Source of the DNA: a virus
Virus record (IMG/VR): IMGVR_UViG_3300008110_010375
Direction: 5' to 3' (one strand)
Length of the DNA stretch: 64,000 nucleotides
Part shown: positions 19,295-28,084 of the stretch, piece by piece
Layout: every line of letters starts with the position of its first letter
Position numbering within the stretch: the stretch's first letter is position 1
The notes under the pieces: generated by a model
Database searches by the model: none
Told to the model about the DNA's origin: nothing
Seen by the model: only the letters and a program-made list of their open reading frames with translations
Program-made: the position numbers and the translations under genes

Positions 19295-19323
19295 TTGACA
19301 AACGTCGCACACTACGGTATAAT
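19295..19323 (+). promoter_or_regulatory. Consensus sigma70 promoter
   Basis: TTGACA-17-TATAAT. Confidence 0.85.
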
Positions 19324-19355
19324 GGAATATATAGTCTACAACATGGAGATACCCT

Positions 19356-19553
19356 ATGTCTATCTACCCAGCATCCTACAAGTACGTCGTGGAGTTCGAG
19401 AAGTTCTTCACCAAGGGTAACCTGAAGTCCCTAACCATCAAGGATCGGTTGCACTTCGCCACCGAGCGGGACGCGAAGGACTGGGTCGACGCCGTCGGCA
19501 AGCTCAACAGGGACGGCAAGTTTTTCAACTTCAAAGTGAGGAGTGCAGCATGA
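19356..19553 (+). CDS. Hypothetical protein
   Basis: GGAG RBS after promoter. Confidence 0.6.
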   Translation: MSIYPASYKYVVEFEKFFTKGNLKSLTIKDRLHFATERDAKDWVDAVGKLNRDGKFFNFKVRSAA

Positions 19554-19735
19554 AGTTTCACGAGTACTTAACCTACGCCATCATCGCGTTCATCGTCGTA
19601 GATCTCATCTACAGGCTCTTCAGCCAAGACTGGGGCAACATCGGCCTGTCGATCACAGCCCTCATCGGTTGGTTCTACGTCCAAGGCTACGAGCGTCAGG
19701 AGCGCCTCGAGCGCGAAGCGAAGTTCACGCCTTAA
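19550..19735 (+). CDS. Small membrane protein
   Basis: Two hydrophobic segments; GAGGAG RBS. Confidence 0.55.
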   Translation: MKFHEYLTYAIIAFIVVDLIYRLFSQDWGNIGLSITALIGWFYVQGYERQERLEREAKFTP

Positions 19736-20778
19736 TGTATAAGTACGAAGACGTCAGGGTGGTTCACCTTGAGATAACCGGCAAGTGTCAAGCCGGCTGC
19801 TCGATGTGTTCAAGAAACGATGAGACCGACAGCGACATCCTTGTGGCTCCAACCACTGCTGAGCTGAGCTACGAAGACTGTGTCAAGATCTTTCCAAAGG
19901 ACCTGATCAAGCAGCTCAGCGGCATGTATATGTGCGGCAACTACGGCGATCCCATCATCGCCAAGGATACGCTTGAGGTGTTCGAGTACTTTAGGTATGC
20001 TAATCGCGACATGGAGCTGAATATGTACACCAACGGTGGGGCACGATCCCCGACGTGGTGGAAGGACTTGGCCGGAATACTTCAGCACGGAAAAGGAAGG
20101 GTCGTCTTCGCGGTCGATGGTCTTGAGGACACAAATCACATCTACAGGGAGAACGTTCGCTGGAACAACGTCATGTCGTCGGCGAAGGCCTTCATCGCCG
20201 CCGGCGGCGAAGCGCGATGGCACTACTTGGTTTTCAAACACAACGAGCATCAAGTTGAAGAAGCGAGGGAGCTGGCGAAGAAGATGGGATTCGCCTCCTT
20301 CGTCGTCAAGCGAACGAGCAGGTGGCAGGGTCAGACCACGTATAAGCACCTGTCTCAACCTGAGAAGAAGGAATACGTTCACCAAGTCAACAACATCAAG
20401 GCGCAGATCGTTAAGATCTACGGATCATTTGATAACTTTGTGAATAAAACGAGTATAAGTTGTAGGGTGCAGAAGGAGAGGGGCATCTACATAACGGCCG
20501 AGGGGCTCATGGTTCCCTGCTGCTGGCTCGGTGGATCCGCCATCTACGACGCCGATAAGCGCTCATACAAAGAGGGTGAACTGTTTCAACACATGGGCGG
20601 CGATAAAAGCAACATCAACGCTAAGGTTCACGGGATAAAGAAGATCTTAGAGGACGGCTTCTTCGATAAGATAGAGAAGTCGTGGAGCTCAGGCTCCACG
20701 ACCAATGGTAAGCTTAAGACCTGCGCGAAGGTGTGTTCCGTGGATCACGACAACTTCGGCGAGCAATTCATAAAATGA
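19735..20778 (+). CDS. Radical SAM protein with SPASM/twitch domain
   Basis: CQAGCSMC; GNYGDP; TNG; C-terminal C...PCC...CAKVC. Confidence 0.88.
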   Translation: MYKYEDVRVVHLEITGKCQAGCSMCSRNDETDSDILVAPTTAELSYEDCVKIFPKDLIKQLSGMYMCGNYGDPIIAKDTLEVFEYFRYANRDMELNMYTNGGARSPTWWKDLAGILQHGKGRVVFAVDGLEDTNHIYRENVRWNNVMSSAKAFIAAGGEARWHYLVFKHNEHQVEEARELAKKMGFASFVVKRTSRWQGQTTYKHLSQPEKKEYVHQVNNIKAQIVKIYGSFDNFVNKTSISCRVQKERGIYITAEGLMVPCCWLGGSAIYDADKRSYKEGELFQHMGGDKSNINAKVHGIKKILEDGFFDKIEKSWSSGSTTNGKLKTCAKVCSVDHDNFGEQFIK

Positions 20779-21108
20779 TCACTGTGAGTTGTTCGACGCG
20801 CTAACGTATGCGTTCGCGCCAAAGAACGTAGCGACGACACCAGCTTGGGCTATGTAGAACATCTGCAGGAGCGATCCAAGCGCGGCAACCTTCTCTATAG
20901 ACACCAACGGTGAGAACAGTATGCCGGTGAAGATCACCATGCTGCCCATAGCGACCCACGCCATCTGGCGAAGCTGGTCTTCCTTCTTGTCCTTATTCTC
21001 AAACTCAATCATGTGTTCCATCTTCTTCATCTCGTCGTCGGAAACCACTCCGTCGCCGTCCGCGTCGTACTGGTTGTACTTTGAGTTCTTCTCAAGCGAT
21101 TTAGCCAT
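20779..21108 (-). CDS. Membrane protein with EF-hand-like loop
   Basis: DADGDGVVSDDE followed by two transmembrane segments. Confidence 0.6.
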   Translation of the reverse strand: MAKSLEKNSKYNQYDADGDGVVSDDEMKKMEHMIEFENKDKKEDQLRQMAWVAMGSMVIFTGILFSPLVSIEKVAALGSLLQMFYIAQAGVVATFFGANAYVSASNNSQ

Positions 21109-21112
21109 CAGT

Positions 21113-21397
21113 TCATCCCTTTGATTTTATCATTGACGTTAAGTTGTTGATCAACTCACCGCCGAAGCCTATCGATCCTGTGATCACTCCGGCGAACGCT
21201 AAAGCTATGACGATCATGGTCAAACATATCAGCCAGACGCTTGAGGTGCCAAGGTTGTCCTCGATCTCAATGATCTGATTCTTCAATATCTCGAGCTGCT
21301 CCTTAGGGTGTCCGTCGGCTTTATCGTAGTCCTGCAGCCATGGGTGCGCGGCGACTTCGTCGGACAACTTATCTGGAGACTTCCTTTTCTTCTTCAT
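21113..21397 (-). CDS. Hypothetical membrane protein
   Basis: One hydrophobic segment; operon-like packing. Confidence 0.55.
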   Translation of the reverse strand: MKKKRKSPDKLSDEVAAHPWLQDYDKADGHPKEQLEILKNQIIEIEDNLGTSSVWLICLTMIVIALAFAGVITGSIGFGGELINNLTSMIKSKG

Positions 21398-21828
21398 AGG
21401 AACTTAAACGCTAAGAATAAGCCGCTGCCGATGAAGACGATGAGAAAGACGATGGCGACGATGATCCAAACGGTTTCCCAGAACTCTTCCTTCCTGCGAG
21501 CCTCTTCCCTGCGCAGGCGCTCAGCTTCCTTCGCCGCTTCAACCTTCGCCTTGTAGTAGGCTTCACGTTGAGCCTTCGACATCTTCATTAGCGCGGCTTT
21601 TTCTTGCTCAGCTACGATCTCACGCATCGCCTGCTCGCGAAGCGCGTTGTTCATACGAACTACCTGATTGTTGATCTCGGTGACTTTGTTGCGAGCTGCG
21701 ACCTTGGAGTTGTTCTCAGCCTTGATTCGCTTTGAGTCGCGAACCGTATCGACGATTCCAAAGATTGAGTTGGTTAGACCCTTACCGATTGAGTTGCCGA
21801 ACTTCGCGGCTGACTTTGGATCCATCAT
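21394..21828 (-). CDS. Coiled-coil protein with C-terminal membrane anchor
   Basis: Charged helical region then hydrophobic tail. Confidence 0.6.
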   Translation of the reverse strand: MMDPKSAAKFGNSIGKGLTNSIFGIVDTVRDSKRIKAENNSKVAARNKVTEINNQVVRMNNALREQAMREIVAEQEKAALMKMSKAQREAYYKAKVEAAKEAERLRREEARRKEEFWETVWIIVAIVFLIVFIGSGLFLAFKFL

Positions 21829-21855
21829 GATTCCGTTCCTTACTTTTATTCCAAA

Positions 21856-21999
21856 TCATTCTGTATCTCTCTCAAGTCGCAGCCGAAGCTTCTCGGCTAT
21901 CTGTGATTTTTTTGTTAAAAAAACAAGCGCTCCAGACTTACTGTAGACGCTGAAGTAAACCTGCCCTGATGTGAATCTTCTTCTTACTATTAAATACAT
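21856..21999 (-). CDS. Small hypothetical protein (47 aa)
   Basis: MYLIVRRRF...ERDTE, translated by hand; immediately after minus-strand TATAAATA. Confidence 0.4.
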   Translation of the reverse strand: MYLIVRRRFTSGQVYFSVYSKSGALVFLTKKSQIAEKLRLRLERDTE

Positions 22000-22006
22000 C
22001 GCATAG

Positions 22007-22014
22007 TATTTATA
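22007..22014 (-). promoter_or_regulatory. T4-type late promoter
   Basis: TATTTATA on plus strand, heading the minus-strand membrane-protein operon. Confidence 0.65.
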
Positions 22015-22027
22015 AAGGTGAAACATA

Positions 22028-23212
22028 ATGGTGAACAGTTGGGACGAGTTTCAGCCGCTTCAGGAGTTGGTCCTCGGCAGCTTCTACGACAGGAGCTTCT
22101 TTGAGGATATACGAAACCCTAGGATCAGAGACGTGCTCGTACAGATCGCCGACGAGACGCAGGAAGACCTAGAGAACTTCAAAGAGAAGATGAAGTCACA
22201 CGGAGTCTCAGTTGTGCAGTACACGCCGGAGGAGCTCGGCTACAAGGAGAGCATCCTCGACTACGTCGACATATACGGCAGGCTGAGTCTCGAAGGATCA
22301 AACAAGCACAACTACCCGCTGAAAGCAAACATGCTTCCGGCGCCTCCGCTTGAGCCTCGAGACAACATCATAGTCATGGGAGATAAGATCTTCGTTAGCG
22401 ATCCAACGTACGCTTCTAAGAAGATATCTGAGAAGCTTAAGGAGACTTACGGCGTTGATAGCGTCGACGACTCACTCAGCGACGACAACACCAAGTTTCG
22501 TCGCGGTAGAGAAAACATACTATCTAGACTTAAGCGCACGATGGATCACGACGCCGTCGACCGCATGTCAGACGATGAGATCGATCGACACTCCGCAAGC
22601 ACCATGCTCACCGGCTTCTGCAGCCCTAACTTGACGCGCATAGGCTCAAAGTGCTTGGTCGATGTCGCTCAGACCGAGGACGCCGTACCATTTCTTGAGA
22701 AGAACTACCCTAAGTTCAAGTACGATAAGCTCAACCTAGGCGGACACAACGACAGCATCTTCGGCGTTCTAAAGCCGGGACTCGTCATCGCGTCTAAGTT
22801 CTTAGCCGAGTGCAAGCAGGAGAGCGTGTTTGAGAAGTGGAAGGTCATCTACTTCGACGATCCGGTATGGGACCGCGTCGGTAAGTTCAAGAAGCTGCGC
22901 AGGAAGAACCTAGGCAAGTGGTGGGTTCCCGATCAAGAGGACAACGACGACTTCACCTACTTCGTCGAGTACTTCCTTGAGAACTTAACCGGTCAAGTCG
23001 ATGAGACGGTGTTCGACGTAAACGTATTGGTTATCGACGACAAGCACGTCGTGGTCAACAGCGCGAGCAAGGAGCTGTTCAAGGTTCTACGGGAGAACGG
23101 CATGGAGCCGATCCACTGTCCGATAAGACACAGGTTCTTCTTCGACGGCGGATGGCACTGCTTGACGCTCGACACCATAAGGAAGGGGGAGCAGGTTGAT
23201 TACGGAATTTAA
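22028..23212 (+). CDS. Amidinotransferase family protein (copy 2)
   Basis: DEFQPLQE, PRD, GHND, DVNVL, GGWHC. Confidence 0.85.
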   Translation: MVNSWDEFQPLQELVLGSFYDRSFFEDIRNPRIRDVLVQIADETQEDLENFKEKMKSHGVSVVQYTPEELGYKESILDYVDIYGRLSLEGSNKHNYPLKANMLPAPPLEPRDNIIVMGDKIFVSDPTYASKKISEKLKETYGVDSVDDSLSDDNTKFRRGRENILSRLKRTMDHDAVDRMSDDEIDRHSASTMLTGFCSPNLTRIGSKCLVDVAQTEDAVPFLEKNYPKFKYDKLNLGGHNDSIFGVLKPGLVIASKFLAECKQESVFEKWKVIYFDDPVWDRVGKFKKLRRKNLGKWWVPDQEDNDDFTYFVEYFLENLTGQVDETVFDVNVLVIDDKHVVVNSASKELFKVLRENGMEPIHCPIRHRFFFDGGWHCLTLDTIRKGEQVDYGI

Positions 23213-23705
23213 GGAAGACGTTGAGAAGTGGATCGTCGACTGGGTCAGCGTATACAACGAGAACTTAAAGCACATCCCGTGCCCGTTCGCAAAGAAGGCC
23301 ATGCTCGACGGTCAGATCGAGTGGAGCTTCGTTGAGAGCATCGAGGAGCTGAAGGCACTGCTTCAAGAAGCATACTTCGACAAGGAAGTGTGGATGATCG
23401 GCTTCGATCCTGAGAAGATCGAAGCCGGTGGGCTCTCGGAGGAGGTGCATCGGTTCAACTCGGACTACATGCCGAAGGGAATCATAGCGCTCGAGGATCA
23501 CCCTCACGACAAGGAAGTCATACTCGGCGAACGGATGAACCAAGGAAAGTGGGGTTGGGTTGGCGTGCAGAGGCTCGCTAAGATCGACAGGGCGAGCCAG
23601 CAGCTCGCTAGAACGGGCTACTACGACCTATGGCCCGAAGAAACGTACGCCGACGTGGTCGCTTGGAGGCACGATGAGAAGCTCAGGAAGGTAGAATCTA
23701 GATAA
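23196..23705 (+). CDS. Conserved hypothetical protein (CPFA motif, DUF1415-like)
   Basis: PCPFA, EDHP, QRL, GYY motifs. Confidence 0.5.
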   Translation: MITEFKEDVEKWIVDWVSVYNENLKHIPCPFAKKAMLDGQIEWSFVESIEELKALLQEAYFDKEVWMIGFDPEKIEAGGLSEEVHRFNSDYMPKGIIALEDHPHDKEVILGERMNQGKWGWVGVQRLAKIDRASQQLARTGYYDLWPEETYADVVAWRHDEKLRKVESR

Positions 23706-23723
23706 GAGCTATTCACTTTTGTA

Positions 23724-23752
23724 TTGACAAAACCGTGAGTCGGTATTATATA
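23724..23752 (+). promoter_or_regulatory. Sigma70-type promoter
   Basis: TTGACA-17-TATATA upstream of hsp20. Confidence 0.6.
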
Positions 23753-23812
23753 TAACAGGTGGCCGCCTAATGGGGTCACTAAACATCAACCTTGCTTCAA
23801 CAGGAGGTCTAT

Positions 23813-24304
23813 ATGACTAGCTTCGACCCATTTTCGTTTCTCGATTCTAAGTTCTTCGTCGGCTATGAGCCGATGCTCAAGAGAGTCAACGAACTCTCGC
23901 AGACTGTATCGAAGGCGATCCCAAACTACCCACCGTACAACATCGTTAAGGTCGACGAGAACAAGTACGTAATCGAGATGGCAGTCGCCGGATTCGGCAA
24001 GCACAACCTCGATCTAGAATTCCAAGACGGCACGCTCGTGATCTCGGGCAACTCCGCGCTTGGCAAAGAAGACGAAGCAGCCGGTGAGTTCCTCTTCAAG
24101 GGAATCGCCGACCGCGCATTTACCCGCAAGTTCTCCCTCGCAGATACCGTGGAGATTAAGAACGCCGAGCTCATCAACGGCATGCTTAAGATCTGGCTTG
24201 AGAACATCATCCCAGACTCAAAGAAGTCGAAGAAGATCGACATTACTGATGCAGCGTCTGAGAACAAACCTTCCGACAAGCAGCTTTTAAAAGAAGACAA
24301 GTAA
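23813..24304 (+). CDS. Small heat-shock protein (IbpA-like Hsp20)
   Basis: NYPPYNI, IEMAVAGF, GIADRAFTRKF, NGMLKI. Confidence 0.93.
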   Translation: MTSFDPFSFLDSKFFVGYEPMLKRVNELSQTVSKAIPNYPPYNIVKVDENKYVIEMAVAGFGKHNLDLEFQDGTLVISGNSALGKEDEAAGEFLFKGIADRAFTRKFSLADTVEIKNAELINGMLKIWLENIIPDSKKSKKIDITDAASENKPSDKQLLKEDK

Positions 24305-24462
24305 TGCAAACGATCATAGGAAACATAGCTCGCTGGCTTGATCGCCGCGCGAAGATAATAAAGACTGTTCGCGAGCTTGAATCGCTCAACGATCGCGAAC
24401 TCTCAGACATCGGCATTCACAGGTCGATGATCTACAGGATCGCGAGGGACACAAATGTTTGA
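24304..24462 (+). CDS. DUF1127 family small protein (52 aa)
   Basis: Hand translation ...RELESLNDRELSDIGIHRSMI...; not in the ORF track. Confidence 0.8.
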   Translation: MQTIIGNIARWLDRRAKIIKTVRELESLNDRELSDIGIHRSMIYRIARDTNV

Positions 24463-24526
24463 TGCCCTCAGACTTCTCGTAGCATCGATCACCGATCGCT
24501 TCATCAAGTTTAGCTGAGGTGATCAC

Positions 24527-24583
24527 ATGTGGCCGTATACAGCAGATGAGCTCGTTATAATCAACGAAGGCTCAAAGAAGTAA
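24527..24583 (+). CDS. Putative micropeptide MWPYTADELVIINEGSKK
   Basis: Strong GAGGTG RBS, followed by terminator. Confidence 0.4.
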   Translation: MWPYTADELVIINEGSKK

Positions 24584-24584
24584 C

Positions 24585-24611
24585 AAAAAGGGGGAGCGAT
24601 CCCCCTTTTTT
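24585..24611 (+). terminator. Rho-independent terminator
   Basis: AAAAAGGGGGA-GCGA-TCCCCCTTTTT. Confidence 0.85.
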
Positions 24612-24613
24612 AG

Positions 24614-24642
24614 TTGACATTTAGACCGGTGTGTTTTATAGT
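24614..24642 (+). promoter_or_regulatory. Sigma70-type promoter of gp43
   Basis: TTGACA-17-TATAGT, ATG 7 nt downstream. Confidence 0.75.
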
Positions 24643-24648
24643 ATGACT

Positions 24649-27198
24649 ATGTCAAAGTTCTACACCAACGCTTTCTTGTTCCACGACTCGATCTTCCTTC
24701 GCGGCTTCGAAGAGGGTCGACGCGTGATGAAGACGATCCCATGCAAGCCGTACGTATTCGTGAACTCGAAGCGTCCGAACGCCGAGTTCAAGACGCTCAA
24801 GGGTCAGCCGGTCGATAAGCTTCAGTTCGATCGACCCGCTGAAGCGCGCGACTTCCTTCGCCAGTATGAGAACGTCAGCGGCTTTGAAGTCTACGGTATG
24901 ACGCAGTGGCTCTATCCGTTCCTCAACGACTACTATCCCGGTGAGATCGACTACGATCCCAAGATGGTGTCGGTCGTAAACATCGACATCGAGGTCGCCG
25001 CCGACGACGGGTTCCCCGACGTTCACGTGGCCGACAAGCCGATCACCGCGATCACCGTAAAGAAGAACGACATCTACGTCGTGCTCGGCTGCGGCGACTT
25101 CGTCACCAACGACGATAAGATCAAGTACTTGAAGTGTGAGAACGAAGAGAGACTTCTCCTTAAGTTCCTCGACGTCTGGCGAAGCGAGTGGTTGTCGCCC
25201 GACGTCATCACAGGTTGGAACATCGATAAGTTCGACATCCCGTACATCGTCAACCGCATACGACGTGTGCTTGGACACGAGATGCACAAGAAGCTCTCGC
25301 CGTGGGGAATGGTCGAGGAGCGCGAGATCATCCGCGGCAAGTCGGCGGCTCGAGGCGGCAACGGGATCGACGATCGCAAAGACGTGGTGTATGAGATCTA
25401 CGGCATCACCTCGCTCGACTACCTTGAGACTTATAAGAAGTTCTCGTTTAAGAACCAAGAGTCCTACCGACTCGACTACATCGGCGAGGTTGAGCTCGGC
25501 GTCAAGAAGCTCGACTACTCCGAGCACGGCTCGCTGCTTGAGCTCTATAAGCAAGACTATCAGAAGTTCATCGAGTACAACATCCGCGACGTTGAGATCG
25601 TATCGAAGCTCGACGACAAGCTGAAGCTCATCGAGCAGGTGTTCGCCATCGCGTACGACGCGAAGGTCAACTTCTCCGACGCGTATGGGTCCGTTCGCAT
25701 CTGGGACGTCATCATCCACAACTACCTCATCAACCAGCGCGTCGTCATCCCGCAGAAGCGCCCGAGCCACAAGGACAAGCAGATCATCGGCGGATACGTC
25801 AAAGATCCCCTGCTCGGCATGCACGACTGGGTGGTGTCTTTCGACTTGAACTCGCTCTACCCACACCTGATCATGCAGTACAACATCTCTCCTGAGACCT
25901 ATGCAGGCAAGCTGCCGCTCAGCGAGGAGACTTCGGTGCAGCGGATACTCGATGGGTACCTCGACGAGCTTCACGTTCGCAACGAGATGACCGCGAGAAA
26001 CTTAACCGTGACCGGCTCAGGCGTGATGTTCGAGCGCGATAAGCAGGGCTTCCTTCCTAAGCTGATGGAGAAGATGTACGAAGACCGCGTCGTGTATAAG
26101 AAGCGAATGCTTGAAGCCGAGCAGCAGTACCAGAAGACTCCGACACCCGAGCTTGAGAAAGTCATAGCGCAGAACAAGAACATGCAGCTCGCGCGAAAGA
26201 TTCAGTTGAACTCAGCCTACGGCGCGCTGTCGAACAAGTACTTCCGCTGGTACGACGACACGCTCGCCGAGTCGATCACGCTCTCAGGTCAGCTGGCGAT
26301 CATGTGGATCGCCCGCGACATGAACAAGTACCTCAACAAGCTATTCACGACGAAGGACGCCGACTATGTCATTGCATGCGATACGGATTCTATGTACATT
26401 ACGCTTGGCAAACTTGTCTCTAAATGCGGCCTTGAGGGGTCGCCGACTTCTGAGATCGTCAAATTCCTTGACAACGCGATTGAAAGTAAGATTGAACCTT
26501 TCATTGAGTCAAGCTACGGGCGTCTTGGCGGAATGGTTAATGCCTACGCCCAGAAGATGAAGATGAAGCGCGAGGCGATCGCCGACAAGGGTATATGGAC
26601 CGCGAAGAAGCACTACATCCTCAACATCTGGAACAACGAGGGTGTGGCGTACGCGGAACCCAAGGTGAAAGTCGTCGGCATCGAAGCGGTGAGGTCCTCG
26701 ACGCCTCAAGCTTGTCGCGAGAAGATCAAGCAGTGTCTCAAGGTCATCATGGGTAAGACCGAAGACGACGTCATCAAGTTCATCGCGCAGTTCCGTGACG
26801 AGTTCGTCAAGATGTCGTACGAAGAAGTCGCGTTCCCTCGTGGATGCAAGGGCCTCAGTGAGTATGCGGATCGCGACAGTATCTATAAGAAGGGTACGCC
26901 GATCCAAGTTCGCGGCGCGCTGCTGTACAACCACCACGTCAAGCAGAAGAAGCTCAGCACGAAGTATGAGCTGATCAAGGAAGGCGACAAGATCAAGTTC
27001 TGCTACATGAAGCTTCCCAACCCGATACGCGAGAACGTCGTCGCATCGCTCGGCGCTCTTCCTCCCGAGCTTGGTCTCGAGACGTATATAGACTACGAGC
27101 TGCAGTACTCAAAAGCTTTCGTCGAGCCGCTGAAGACGATCCTAGACGCGATCGGCTGGCGCACCGAGAAGAAAGCGTCGATAGAAAGTTTCTTCTGA
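24649..27198 (+). CDS. 43: Family B DNA polymerase gp43
   Basis: DIE exonuclease motif, SFDLNSLYP, KIQLNSAYG, DTDS, KKHY. Confidence 0.97.
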   Translation: MSKFYTNAFLFHDSIFLRGFEEGRRVMKTIPCKPYVFVNSKRPNAEFKTLKGQPVDKLQFDRPAEARDFLRQYENVSGFEVYGMTQWLYPFLNDYYPGEIDYDPKMVSVVNIDIEVAADDGFPDVHVADKPITAITVKKNDIYVVLGCGDFVTNDDKIKYLKCENEERLLLKFLDVWRSEWLSPDVITGWNIDKFDIPYIVNRIRRVLGHEMHKKLSPWGMVEEREIIRGKSAARGGNGIDDRKDVVYEIYGITSLDYLETYKKFSFKNQESYRLDYIGEVELGVKKLDYSEHGSLLELYKQDYQKFIEYNIRDVEIVSKLDDKLKLIEQVFAIAYDAKVNFSDAYGSVRIWDVIIHNYLINQRVVIPQKRPSHKDKQIIGGYVKDPLLGMHDWVVSFDLNSLYPHLIMQYNISPETYAGKLPLSEETSVQRILDGYLDELHVRNEMTARNLTVTGSGVMFERDKQGFLPKLMEKMYEDRVVYKKRMLEAEQQYQKTPTPELEKVIAQNKNMQLARKIQLNSAYGALSNKYFRWYDDTLAESITLSGQLAIMWIARDMNKYLNKLFTTKDADYVIACDTDSMYITLGKLVSKCGLEGSPTSEIVKFLDNAIESKIEPFIESSYGRLGGMVNAYAQKMKMKREAIADKGIWTAKKHYILNIWNNEGVAYAEPKVKVVGIEAVRSSTPQACREKIKQCLKVIMGKTEDDVIKFIAQFRDEFVKMSYEEVAFPRGCKGLSEYADRDSIYKKGTPIQVRGALLYNHHVKQKKLSTKYELIKEGDKIKFCYMKLPNPIRENVVASLGALPPELGLETYIDYELQYSKAFVEPLKTILDAIGWRTEKKASIESFF

Positions 27199-27842
27199 TG
27201 AAGCTACACACATCGCAGGGCGACGTCATCATAGACATACCCGAAGAATACACGAAGATCGGCATCAAGATCTCTGGTGGAGCCGACAGCGCCCTTCTCG
27301 CCTACATGCTTGCACTGTACAAGAAGCACGAGAGAGACGTAGACCTGATACCTATCACGGTCATCAACGCGATCAAGCCGCACCAGCACATCTTCGCGCA
27401 GAGGGTGGTCAAGTTCGTCGAAGATAAACTGAGCGTGAAGTTCAATCACCATCAGATAAAGCCTGAGCCGGTAGATCCTCAGAGGTACGGTGAGGAGCAG
27501 TCTATCTTCGTTAGAAGCTTGAGGAAGCAGGAGATAATCGAGACGCACTTCACAGGTATAACTGAGAATCCAGACGTTGAGCTTAAGACCGACTACACCG
27601 GCGATTCAACAAGAAACAAAGATCTTGGGTCTAAACCCACGAGAGACCTGTATTCATTCCATCCGTTCGCCAACATAAATAAGAAAGCCATAGCCGAACT
27701 TTATGAAAGCTATGGACTTATGGACACTCTCTTCGCGATAACAAGAAGCTGTGAAAACAGCAAGATTCACTTCACCGAACCACACTGCGGAAAGTGCTGG
27801 TGGTGCCTCGAGAGGCAGTGGGGATTCGGTAGGCTCGAATAG
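27198..27842 (+). CDS. QueC-like PP-loop ATPase (copy 1)
   Basis: ISGGADS; TRSC...HCGKCWWCLER zinc motif. Confidence 0.75.
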   Translation: MKLHTSQGDVIIDIPEEYTKIGIKISGGADSALLAYMLALYKKHERDVDLIPITVINAIKPHQHIFAQRVVKFVEDKLSVKFNHHQIKPEPVDPQRYGEEQSIFVRSLRKQEIIETHFTGITENPDVELKTDYTGDSTRNKDLGSKPTRDLYSFHPFANINKKAIAELYESYGLMDTLFAITRSCENSKIHFTEPHCGKCWWCLERQWGFGRLE

Positions 27843-27850
27843 GTGCAGCA

Positions 27851-28075
27851 ATGGCAAAAGAAACAGACGACTACGACTTCGGCTTTGAGTTCGCCGACGA
27901 CATGACGGAAGCGGTCGACACCGCTCAGAGCAAAGCACAGCAGATCTACGACGCGATCATGCCGCTTCTCAACAACCTTAAGCTCAATCCCGAGAAGCCG
28001 AATATTGTTTGGCCCGACCGCGTAAAAAAGATTGACAATTTTATCAAAAAGTTGGATAATATACTTAAATCATGA
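27851..28075 (+). CDS. Conserved hypothetical protein
   Basis: DFGF...PLLNNLK.NPEK..I.WPDR pattern; upstream of uvsX. Confidence 0.65.
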   Translation: MAKETDDYDFGFEFADDMTEAVDTAQSKAQQIYDAIMPLLNNLKLNPEKPNIVWPDRVKKIDNFIKKLDNILKS

Positions 28076-28084
28076 ACATGGAGC

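Noticed and set aside
19543-19734. N-terminal extension of the radical SAM ORF as given in the track
   Set aside because: Overlaps the 19550 membrane ORF in another frame; TAATG coupling supports a start at 19735
24652-25974. Long antisense ORFs (also 1347-2174, 53733-54551 and others)
   Set aside because: Shadows of biased codon usage opposite well-supported genes; no motifs
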